Source of the DNA: Phoronis australis
Lineage: Eukaryota; Animalia; Phoronida
Assembly (NCBI GenBank): GCA_002633005.1
Contig: NMRA01000100.1
Coordinates: 425,789-470,137 of the forward strand
Direction: 5' to 3'
Length of the DNA: 44,349 bases
Part shown: one piece after another, positions 24,639 to 37,000 of the stretch
Layout: every line of letters starts with the position of its first letter
How positions within the stretch are numbered: the first letter of the stretch is position 1
Translations under genes and position numbers: made by a program
The notes under the pieces: model-generated
The model's input: only the letters and a program-made list of their open reading frames with translations
What the model was told of the DNA's origin: nothing
The model's database searches: none

Positions 24639-24869
24639 AGCCTGTTGCAGTGAGACAACGAAATCTTTACTGACATCACCTGCTCAGGAGACCTTCACTT
24701 TGTTGTCCCTTAAACATTCTAAAATATCAAATAATAGCTTGCTTGCTAAACAGCGACGACAGAACTACACAAAACATAACAAGAACAAAAAAATGACGTA
24801 GTGCACGTAAGATGCCGGGGAGCTGAACTGTCAATGTGAAACGATGAATGAAGCTTCCAAAGTGCGATG

Positions 24870-25440
24870 CATTATATGCGTGTTATAGCAATAACCGTGC
24901 ATGTAGTTACAGACGAGTTCTCCCTACAGCCAGTGTATGGTGCGCCACCGAGTAAACTGAGTATCTGTGGATAATCGGATGACACAAGGTGTTCTCTCTG
25001 TGACAAGTGGTGCAACTTGGAGGACGTACTCGCATCTTGCATCGCCACCTTAGCTAGTAGACGCTACACATGTCGCCACAACCAAATTTGCAAAGAATTG
25101 GCCAAACGTTTTTACCAAAAAATAGAATTAAATCGAGACCGAAGACCAAGAAACTTAAGTTCACCAATTTCAAACAGGCTTGGGAGCACGTGCAATGACA
25201 AGCGAAGACACCAGGCCAGGAGGTTATTCATACCGGAGATGTTTGGAAGATTGTTGTAAAAATATGGAGCCAAGTCTCGTGTCCTCAACATATTGCTCAG
25301 ACATCTTCGCCACCAGACACAGCTCTGTTCTCTGGCGGAACGCATCAGTTACGTCGAAAAAAAAAACAGAGTAGACGATGCTATAGAGAGGCAGCAATTA
25401 AAACATGGCGCTCTAAAGTGTCGTTGTGCCGGCAAAAGTT
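24870..25440 (+). mobile_element. decayed 3' fragment of an RLE-type non-LTR retrotransposon (HERO/R2-like)
   Basis: CSLCDKWCNLEDVLASC...RYTCRHNQI resembles the CCHC knuckle plus RHN/RHD motif. PQHIAQTSSPPDTALFS resembles HIAxTxxRPD. Stops and frameshifts present. Confidence 0.65.
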
Positions 25441-26515
25441 GAGCAGCTGAAGCAGCCGAGTTAGTGTCGAAACAACTGGATCTGGACGCAGTACCAGCGG
25501 TAACATTTGCTGCTAGACACGGTCTGATTAACACGTCCGATCCAACCCCCCCGTAGAGAGCTATAGATAAGAGTAGAAACTCACAGTGCAGGTTGCATCA
25601 GTCTTAAGATGGTATAAGGAAGGCGTCTAATCAAGTGACGTTTGAAGTAAGACGAAGAACATTTTTCTTTGAGATGTACTTTGCGTGTGAAAACAAAAAC
25701 ATTGATGAATAATTCAACATATGTCGTTATTGCTCGACATATTTGACAATGCGGTTTCCCAATGATTATGGAATCAAAAGGCATGTACAAATCAATATTG
25801 CAAAGTATCATATAAACTTGAAAAATGCTTCTATTGTGTGAAAGCGTGAACACATGTATTAATATCTTCGCTCATGTTATTACCCACAAATTGTGTAGAT
25901 GTCATTAATGTTTAGTTACCGAAGTGAAGTGGCTACATTATTCAGGAAGAATGTTTCGCAAATGTAACGCTATTAACACGCATGACGACGTTTTGCCGTT
26001 CAGTGACTTTACCAGACGTAGAAGGTTGTGAGCGTATGACACCATCAAGCTTTTTTGTTAACTGCCAAGCACAGTCTGTTGTCTAGTATGACAATACGCA
26101 GGCCAATTATCTGCCAGGCTTATTGCAGAACTCGTGTGAACACAGTCAAACCCCGATCGAATTGGTCATTCGGAGAGAATTAATCAGTCGTGTAAGATAT
26201 TGGCTACAGAGGTGTTCTTCCCATCTTGTTGTTGGGCTATAGAATCGAACAAGTTGGGAGGAACGGGAAAACGCCGTGAATGCGTGTTCAACTTAAGTTT
26301 CCTTTTTTTGTTAGTAGTTATTAATAGAGGTAATTATGCACCAAGTGCTGATATGGTATCAGGAATTTGCCCAACTTTGTATCTTAGGGGTATTTTTGGC
26401 TAACGGCGTGAAGTTTCCGTTGGGGACTTACAGAACGAAGAGATCTCAAGAATCCCTCATCAGTACCTACTTACGCTACATTCTAAAAAACTGCGATCAG
26501 TAATTTGCTTTTGTC

Positions 26516-27079
26516 TGAAAATGAAACACGTTGAAAATTTATGAAAGGAAGCCACGTGTCATGATGTACATAGTTGCATGAAGCAGTCACAAATAGGGAC
26601 TCAAAAAAGTTCCTTAAATCTTCTGCGAGTTTGTGTCTTTGTCTACTTCAAAACTTTAGGTTTTCTACAATCACTTTATGGTTGTTATGAGCTTATCTTT
26701 CAGACACATTTTTTCTACTGCATCTTTATTTCAGTGAAAATAAATAGAATCCTTTTCATGCAATGGTCCTATTTTAAAGATTTACCCCCTATTTATTTTC
26801 AATGATATTGGGAACTTAACGTAGAGTTTACTTCAATGTGTATCAACGCTAAAGCATATATTCTGTATGGATTCATCTGGGTGTGAATAAACATGTAGCT
26901 GACACAGCCGTGTTTTTATAAATATTAACACAAATATTATAACTGGTTCGTAAATTGTTGTCCAGGAAAGCATTTGCCAGCAAGTGTTTGGAGCTTTTGT
27001 CCCCCGGCCTGGGGCTTGCGTCGTGCACGGTCAAGAATTCTTCATTGGCGCAGTGGACAAAGTTTAGCGAACACTGAAC
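26516..27079 (+). repeat. dispersed repeat copy A (probable non-autonomous TE)
   Basis: Colinear and similar to 43786-44349; the two copies give the near-identical spurious ORFs MKQSQIG... Confidence 0.9.
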
Positions 27080-27750
27080 GTCATGGCAGTAATACGAGAG
27101 TCTGAATAACAACTATTTTGAGTCGCAATTTGTTTGAAATGGGGTGGTTCAAGAGTGACGTTTGCTTAATGCAATATGAGTCAACGCTCGATAATGAAAT
27201 TGTGATAAGAAATCTGAACTCAACTTGCCATCTATTCACTCTAACTATAGTGTAAATGACAATAACAACGCGCCGTCTGTCAAAAAAGCAAGTTTTGATC
27301 CAGGTCATTTACAGTTGTTAAAGTGGCTTCAAACTTTTTCTTAGTCATATGAGGACTAATTTACGGGCTATGATAGAACTGGCAGCTCGTTATTTCTTCA
27401 GCCGAAGATCATTGAATTTTAGACAATGAACTGTCAATTTTTCTGAGCCCAGAGACCACTTCTAAACGCAGTAAGGAACAAGATAAGACTTTCGAACGGT
27501 AAGTGTGTTAAAACAATTTTGTACAGAAATCATCAGTGCAATGCGGCTTTAATGCACGTCCTCCGCAATCCATTTTGACAAATTAATGCAAATGCACAGA
27601 AATGAAAGTACCCTCATATAGTTTCAAGTCATCGTGCCACCTGTTGCGCTTTTTGTGGTAACACAAATCATTTCAGCGTCAAACATCCGTTAGGTGCGTT
27701 CACCTTTCACCACTTCAATTTCAACGAACAGTGAACAAAAGTATTCAGAG

Positions 27751-28010
27751 CTATGTCCTCTGTGAGGATGCAACAACTTTGTATTCATGGGTTTTACGCG
27801 ATGACTCGTCTGCTTCCAGCTGCGTGTATTGCGCTGCAGCGCCGTCCAGGACTTCTGTTAGTCCCTCATAAATAGGCACCCGAACGTTTACATACATTCT
27901 TTTGTGCAGTTCTGATGCTACGTTTTCAGCCAAATTGTATCTTGGACCGTTCGTGTTAGCGTAGTCATAATCTTCATAGCATCTGAGTTCCACAACTGAC
28001 ACGGCTGGCC
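27751..28010 (-). CDS. Ig receptor exon 6: tyrosine-motif cytoplasmic tail
   Basis: Acceptor ctttgtgtAG, phase 1. Motifs YEDY, YANT, YVNV, YEGL, YTQL, YKVV; stop TAG. Confidence 0.8.
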
Positions 28011-31000
28011 CTACACAAAGATATAAAACGTTGAAAGCTGGAGTGCTATTACCTTATTTTTTAAAATGTTCATAGGCAAACCTGCCTCCCGTTCAGTAAC
28101 GCTAGGACCTCGCTAAAAAGCAAGACTTCGCGAGATTACATGAGATATTGCCGTGTATTTTAAATGAGAACACGTAACTTTGACTGTATTTTAGCTAGGT
28201 CCTAGCGTGGGTCCTAGCGTCTACTGAACGCACGCCTGGTTAAGCCTTCCTGCCGTTGATTTCAACAATGTGTTGGGCTCGCGGGGTGACCTGTGATATG
28301 ATTGAAGTGGTCAAATTTTGACAGGGAGGTACATGTAAGTCCCCATGAGTTTCTGAGACGTGTACCGGTCAACGTTCTGGACGTTTTTGGGAGCAACTGA
28401 GACAGATTTATTTATATCTTATAAACAGAATTTTAGACCTGGGTAGGCCACATATTTGTTCAGTTAACACAACAAATGGAAATGCTTTGAGGCGCAAAAC
28501 AGCTAAACTTCCGATGAAATCCAGGTCAGAACACAACCTTGGTCCCCTTGAAAGCACGCTGTACTCTTAAAAATAAAAATGAATGTGGGGGAAACAAAAC
28601 TGATGTACAAACGTGCTTTTGAACTTCTCAAAGTTGCTATAGAATACTGACCATAACAATGACTATTGTTGGTGTTTTGTGTGTGTGACGTTATAGTTGT
28701 ACATGCAGCATATGTGCACGTAGTCTGTGACACTGCCATCCACAACATCGTTCTTTTACAAAGTTACCGCTTTTACTGTAAACGTCTATTCTGAAAAAAC
28801 CTGGAAATACTGTGCATGCAAAATGTGAATTTGAACGAGTGTAAAATGTGCTTGAAGCGGTATTGCAAGGTTTAAAATTAAATTAAATTGTGCACGTGTT
28901 CCATCAAAACGATTCGCCCACTTGATTACGTTTAGTTTTGCCATTCTAGTACAACAGTTAGTCAATAGGTAAAACACCATTCTCTAAATAACATTGAGTT
29001 TCAAAAAGAAATAGTCATGTTTTGAGAGTGGCTGGTGGCATACTAATTTACACTTACCCACTTGACCATCGTCAGGTTCCACGGAACTGGCACCAACCTT
29101 AAAGAGCACAATCAAAACAATTTTAAATTATTGCAATCGACGATCTATTTGACATAAATGTTTGAATAATGCAGAAGATTAATGTCAGCTGTTATTATTG
29201 GAACATTAGGTGTAAAAGCAGACTGTGCAAAGCGGTTAATACTGCACCTTTTTCATTTCTATTGAGCCAGTATCATGGGACATTTTTGGTGTTCTGCTTT
29301 TCCTGTAAATAGATTAGCACGTCGACAGTTCATACACTTACACAAGAGTGGCGTTATTTGTGGTACCGTTTAATCACTTCCCCATTATTAAAGGATGAAA
29401 CATTCTTCATGATTTTTTAAGCAAGAGAGCACTAATTTCAGTACCAAAACACCACTATTGTTCCTCGACTTTCAAAATAGAACCAGCTGAGAATTACCAT
29501 CACCACACTACAAGACGCATTAACCTGCCTTAAGAGGCGTGTTTATCATTGAATTCACAAGGTGGCCATAGTAATATTGGTTAGTTATGGGCTACCACGT
29601 TGCACTCCATGTTTAATGATTGTAAAATTAGCCACCAACGTTGGGTACTAGCCTGCTGACTCCAGGAAGTGTCACCCCTCTCCTCTTGGCAACTATCACC
29701 ATGGAGATAATAAAAACTACTAGACATGCACCAGCGACTATAGCGGCAACGGCACCACCATTGAATGTTTCTTGGAGAATGAGTTCTGGAAATACAAGCA
29801 AAGATTTTATAGTTCCCTTATACAGTATCTTTGATAGAAGTGTCATCAATGATTCTGAGCATTGACTGTGTAATGCATACTGATCTATTACTTCGCGTTT
29901 CCTGAGGATGAGACAGGATTCATGTGGTTTCTAGTTTTCGGAATGATGTGGACATTGTAAGTTAACCGCCTCTCCCACTCTCGGAACATAAAAGTCTAAT
30001 CCTACAGTGAAGTCAAATTCTAACACGACCCGACCTAAACAAATGTCAAAATTTGTGTAAGTCCCCCATTGATTAATGTGCACTCAGTAGAGCTATGCTC
30101 AAGGACACAAACATGTATGTGAACTTGGCCAATGTTGTTAGAGAGGGTTCTGGGTGTGCGTGAAAGGTATAACTCACCAGTCACAATGATCGTCTTTGTG
30201 TCTACGTGTGAAGACCCCTGCCTGTTGGTTACTTGACACCTGAACTGGACACCACTATCGTTAGTGTACAGATAGACTGTCAGTGTACTGGTGCCGTTAG
30301 TTGTTCCATCACCGTTGCTGATGGTAGCTGTCGTCACATTCTCAGTTATGTTGGTGTACGGACCAGCGTTACCAATACGTCGTGACCACACCATTAATGC
30401 CTCTGGTTTGCCCAAATTGGCGCTACACGCTAGGACAGTTGGTCCTGCTCCATCAATCACAGGCTGTGTGGGGGCTCCAGATATTGATAGTGTAACTGGG
30501 ATAACTAGGCAAACAAAAACATGACTTGTCATATCTGTAAAGTCTATATTTCAAATTTGACTGATAGGTGGCGTTTCAAATGATACCGAGCGCCTCGTGT
30601 ATCCAAGAAAGACCCATTGTTACACTTGCGAGGCTTGGTTAAGCGTCCGCTTATCTCGTCGTAAAAGAGAAAAAATTCTTGCCTAATTTACAAAAGCTTT
30701 AAAACTAAAATTCCGAAAATATAACATTCAATACGTGTATGTTTTTTCACCAAGAAAAATAAATCAACACAGATGGGTGGTCGATTTTTAAAATTCGGTG
30801 AACTGTGAACCGGAATATCAACAACATTAAAAGGTATCCTGAAGACCTTGAGTTGCAGTCTGACGATTATGTTCCCACATAACTATGGGTGCATACTACA
30901 GTCAGGCACAGTCGACAGTGCAAACATACCTGTATTTTCAGAAAGTTTCGGAATAACAGATTGCAGGTTTTAAAATTGGAGGTGTAAACTACGATAGCTA

Positions 31001-34000
31001 ACATCTGAACAGCACGTTGAAAGTTCATCCAGATTATTCCTACATGCTCAAAGGTTTCAAGACTTATTCAGCACTGCAGCATCCTGATCTGTCATACCGA
31101 GAGAGCAACTGAGATGCTACGCAGGACAAAGATCATTGCTATGCTCAGACAAGGTGACTCAGTAACAACGCAGGATGAAATGTCGTACAAAATGATCAAA
31201 GATTCCTATGCTCCGCACGGATTTGTCTTGAAGATCTTGTGTATTGATAAAACAAAGCAGAAGGACTATCTCTCAAAGAGAATCAATGGAGCTGACAGCT
31301 TCTGGAGGTCAGTTACAGACGAGAAAACCAAAGCGTTCACGTTAAGGAAAAACGAGGCATACAAAGCTCCCTGAGGACACTCTGCATTTCAAGGAGACTA
31401 AGGCCGCGTGTGATAGGCTGTTTGTCCGTGTCAGATCAAGCCGACGAATCGACCTGCACCATGATATTGACAGCTATAAATTCACCCTAACATAAGACGT
31501 ATCTTTTGCTCTCCGTCGGCCAATGTACAACTCAAAGCTAACCCACATTCTGGAGGTTATTACAGAGGAAGAATATCTATCAGAACAGGAGCCTGTTCCA
31601 AGAAACTGACTTAAGTTCATTTTAGACTTAAGTTTAAGATTTGTCTTAACTTCCAAACTTTGAAACTTCCACATGAGGCAAGTAAGTCAAAATTAAGACA
31701 AAACTTATGTCAAACACTTAAAACAAATTTAAGATCTCTTTCTTGAATTGGTTTTGAGACAAATTTAACTTTTATTTTAAAATTTACAAAAATTTAAGAT
31801 TTGTCTTAGCTAAGTCAGTTTTGTTGGAACGGGCCTCAGGACTGTTCACAAACTGTACTGGAGGTTTTGCTTCCAGAAAACATGGAGACTATATCCACTG
31901 CGTATGTGCACTCCAGCCACAATTAAAATGCACTTGTGGACGACAACGTTGTTTTTCCAAAAGCTGATCAAGAAGCCGCCAACTGCTACGACAAACAACA
32001 ATCTCCAGGAACATATTACGTTGATGTCATGAATAGAGGTTATGTCTAGATGATACTGTGATCACTTTCTGAAACATGTCACAAGGGGAACCGGAAAACA
32101 TAGACAATGTGCAGTCCTGTACCAGAGAAGAGACCAACAAGCCAATGAAGCGTTTCCGTTCTCCCGACAAAACAGAGGCTTAGCTGACTCAGTATTTGTC
32201 TTCAAGGACTTCGAATATAACATTCATTCGAAGACTCTACTTCGGCTGCAAGATGTACCAAGAACATTAGACGCCATTTACGCTTTGAAGACAAACATGA
32301 AGAAGAAGATTAATCTGTGTAACAAATGCGGGTCAGTGTAAAATGCGTTAAAGAGTTCACACAACGCATTTTCGTAGTTCTTGGTGTTTCACTTAGCTAG
32401 TACGAAATGAATACTATAAAACCTAACTAAATGAGCACATTTTATGCCAAATAATTGTGATTTCTTATAATTTTGAAGAAAAATTAGTTATTTCCAAGTT
32501 TCCTGCAAATTGATATAATAGGTGGAAGACGTTTGGTCACTTGACAATCAATTGCAATGGCGGAGCACAGCAGATCGGAAGGCGAAGACGATTTTGAGCC
32601 AGAAACGGACAATTTTTATGCACATAGAGAGATGAGTGTGGGCATCACACACAAATACTTAAAGAATCAGACTTTCGTCGGCTCTGAGGCCGAACGAACT
32701 CGACTCACTTGCAGGTATGCATGAATGTGAGCCAAAACCAACTGAACCAAGGGGTGGTCAATATTCACAAAATAACACTGACAAAGGCCACAGTAAACCT
32801 GGGTCACTAGTATTCACTATTGCCTTGATGGAATGAGCACGGTCTAAACACAACGCATGAGCCTACGTGTCGTAGCACTCGATCTGGGCCGCGGTCGAGG
32901 GCCAGGCATCACTCGCCCTAGAATACATTTTAGGCTGAGTGCGCGCATGATCGTAACGCCGCTGTTGTTCGGGGTCGAAACACGATGCCTTGAAATTTGC
33001 CGAGCAAAGAGTGGCTCCCGACTGAATCGCATGTTCCACTTTGACATTCCACACCCTCGTGTGGCACACACAAATCGATGTCATTTCTGTGCAACTTTCA
33101 CGTATGTAGGAAATTTGAACACAGAAACGTTCTCGGTCAAGCTGCTGTTACTATAGCCTGCACAAACGCACCTTTTCATGCTGACTTTCTTCACAACTTC
33201 TCGGTATCGCACTGGTAAAAACAATAACGTAGGGACCTTTTCATGCAACGTCCCTAGTCCCTAAGTATTTTGATTGAGTTAAGGGTTCAGTTTTCAGCTT
33301 TATTGTCAGCGCAAAGGAGTAAATGACAGAACAGTACTACATCTGCGAGCAAGGAATGAAACAAATACCCAAAAGAGTTAGGTAACTTAGTCGAGTCTTG
33401 GAACTGTTTTATGCAACTGGGCACAGGGGACAATCCCATTGTGATGGCATGTATATTGCCCCCGAAACACACCAGCTTTTAGAGTGGTTATAGTCATCGT
33501 CAACCGTTTTCCGGATCATTTTCCTGTTTTTGACTTCCTTTAAAATTACGGGACCTTCTTCTAACTCTTTATCCCACGCGCGTTGAATCTGTCGAGGGAA
33601 ATACGGCCATGAATAAAGTTTTCCGTATTCAGCTCCCGCACTACTTTAACAGCGACCTCTGACATGGAAAGTTCGAAAGGTAGGTCAATGTCGACTCGAC
33701 GTCTTCTGAGCTGGTTCGATCATCAAACTTTCCGAATATAGTTTAAAGTAACACAGTTGAAACAGTGTAACTAACACTCGACATGCAACAAGGCCCTAAA
33801 CGTAAAATCTGGAACAAAACTGTTAATTATAAGACACTTATCAGGGGCGGATCCAGGATTTTGAGTTAGGGGGCCAGGGCACAGGAATAACCAGAATTTC
33901 GGCAGATGCGTGCGCCCAGCCTCGCATGTGGGGATGCAGGGTCTCGAATTTTATGGTTTGCGTACCTGTTGACTTAAAAAACGGTGAACGGGTTTCTTTA

Positions 34001-37000
34001 GGGCCTATGCATCGATTATTCACCCCCCTGGTTGCTTGCATGTGCTAGTCAGCAATTCACACGCAAACTCCCAAATGGTATCTTGTAGAATTTTAGGGGG
34101 AGGCCATGGCCCNCTTGGCTCCTCCCTAAATCCGCCACTGCTTATGTCTCAGTTTTCAATGGCTGAATATTATATCGTCTGCAACTCAGGCGCGGATTCC
34201 TAGGAAATTAAAATATCAAATGTTGTTTTTTTAACTATTTCCAACAGATTTTACAAGTTCACTGCTCAGTTGCCATAGTTTTCATCGTTGCTACCTCTTT
34301 TCAAGAAATGAATCGTCACTTCTAAAACTGTTTCTTTTACAAGAGAAAACTTGAAACCCAACGCGCAAGTACATACATATAGGTTGTATTCCGCCATGTG
34401 AACAGTCTGGATGAAGTATTTGAAAAATCTGTCTAAAAATTGCAAGAAACTTAGGGACTCGAAGCGCATGGGATAAATACAAAACGTACCTCGGTTGGCG
34501 TACATGAAGTAATATCCCACTCGACCTTATTCCGCGTATCGACCTCGATCTTCGGCCTCGGTCTATACGCGGAATAATGTCTCGTGGGATATTACTTCAT
34601 GTACGCCGCTCTCGGTACGTTTTGTGTATGTAACCATCCGCGTGTGTAAAAAGCCATGGTAAATGGATTATTTTTCAATAATTTGGGGCCACAATAAGTG
34701 TTGGTGTCCAATGCACATGTTGTCGCTACCGAACAATCCTCGCACCTTCGTGTACTGAAACACTGTAGATCACGTTTGTGGTTTCTTGCCGGACGCAGGC
34801 ATTCTCCAGCAATTGTGATTTTTCTTTTCTTCCTCTTCAAATAGTGCCGTCTCATGAAATTGTGAAACAGTACGTCTGCCATGTATTCCACTTCCTGATG
34901 CAAGATTCTAGCGTGTTTTTGTCGTGGGTTTTTCCCTTTACTCTGTTTTACAGGATAAAATACCTTCTTGCGCATGACATATAATTATATGCAATAACAT
35001 CAATTATGAATCAAAGAGAACAAATAAAATATTTTTGTTAATCCTGAATTAGATTCAATATGCAAATACTCACAGTCTACGAAAAGTCGAGTAAAAACGG
35101 GTCCAACAACAGCATTGAAGTTTTTGGTCATCTGCACGGTATAGACACCTTCATCACTTGGTGATACGTGTAATAAAATGATGGTGAATTGAGATCTTCC
35201 ATAATAGTAGTCAGTTATACAGCGGGATTCGTAAAATCCTGTAAACGACCCGTTGGGTAGAACTTGGCCTTGGTCGACGGCGGGTGCATAAAACACATTT
35301 TGAAAATCCTTCCATAACGTAACGCTGTTAAAGGTATCTCCGCTGTCCAAGGAGTATTCAATTGTGAATACAGCATCTTCGCCGTTCACGCATATTATTT
35401 CACTAGGCACTTTCACCGTAAGGACTGATATTGAGACGTCTGAAAGATAAAATAAATGTATTAAGTCTTGTTGATTCAAAAGGACTATAGGAACACATGA
35501 CGAAATTGAGTCGTCTTCGAGACTACAGCAGCTTGGCGAAGGCCCTCGGTCTTACTGCCTGACGCGTGCAGTCACGTGTCATATCATCCTCAAACACTAA
35601 TCCGGTCAAACTTTTAATCTAAGTCTTTGAAGTCGTATAAAACCAGCAAGAGCAGTATCTGATTAAGTTATTGCGCATAACCCGAGGGAAAGCCAGCAAG
35701 GAAACTTATACCAGGAAGAGAGTTATATCTTCCTGTTCATACTAAGTTGGAGTATCAATGTTATGAGCATTGATACACTGTAAAATGTAACAATTTTGTT
35801 GTTACATTTTACGTCATTGTTAGATTCTACGTTGCTAGGCCTCTCCTAAAGTGTAACAAGCTGTTACATTTTATGAAATTGTTACAGTTTACGTCGAATG
35901 CATATGCGAGAAATGTACCGTTGTTATATTTTACAAAAGCAACGTCATATTTCATGAGTTTGCATATTTGTTACACGGAAGAAAACCGTTTACACACTTT
36001 ACGCCTTCTTTCTGGGATTGTGTGAATGAAATTCTATCGAATATGCCAGGTCCAACGTATAGATGTGTCCCTATGTGCTTTACACGTTTCTTAACATGAG
36101 TAGTTTTATGGTATAATCAAAAATGCACACCGTACACTTTCAACTCTACTCGAAAGGAGTTTTCAGGATCAGGTAACATGTTTTTTTATTGTTGAAGGGT
36201 TCTTGCAATCTTTTGTTGACGCTAACAGGTCATAAATCAGTTCTGCATCCGGCATTACAGTAAACACACTTCTTTCCAAACTACAGATGGATACAGTTAT
36301 ATCTACAAACAATACAATGCTTGCCGATAGGTCAGAAATAAGCTATTTTGAAGTTGGTACACGTCTAAATAAGATTTTAAATCTCAACCTCCTCGTTTTC
36401 AGGAAGTAATAAGGCCTACTCTGCATCCACAGCTGTCAAGACGTTCCTTAAAATATCGTTAAGGCTGAACATGGGAATCCCTTTAAAATCCTTTGGAACA
36501 GCACTCGCTGTCCACTATGGAAAGCCCGATGAAAACATTGAACCATCAATGAAATGATTTTAAAATCTTTGAGGACCATGATGTATTAGCACTTTGCTAA
36601 ACATGTAGCCTACTGTGTCCTGGTTTAAGAAATTTAAAAATATTCATAATAATAATAATGACGATAATGAAAATTATAACGATTCACAGTAGTGATATTA
36701 GTAATAGCAGTAGCAGTAGTAGTAGCAAAGTAATACTAATAAAAATGACAATAGGTAGCCAAATTCATGTCGTGTCATCCCGGTTGTTATTCGACAGAAG
36801 AGGTATACGAAAAGTGCCGCCCAAGAGGGTGTTTGTTCACAGAAAAAATACTCTCCAAAATGGTGCCATTTTCGACAAAATTACATATAAAAGGCGCCGT
36901 TCATGAATTTCTGGAACAAAATAGTGCAAAAATGTGGATTTATTCACAGATTAGGCTCTAAATGGGACACTATTTGTCAGAGCCCACTCTCTAACTGGGT

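Noticed and set aside
26578-26805. MKQSQIG ORF repeated at 43848
   Set aside because: Part of a dispersed repeat; the two ORFs end differently and show no protein motif.
32556-33680. Exon-like ORF MAEHSRSEGEDDFEPE (+) and CPLCP zinc-finger-like fragment (-)
   Set aside because: Probably transposon debris, but too short and broken to assign; neither fits the receptor exon chain.
35560-35762. Penelope GIY-YIG C-terminal remnant upstream of the USP ATG
   Set aside because: The resemblance needs several frameshifts and stops; not supportable without an HMM search.
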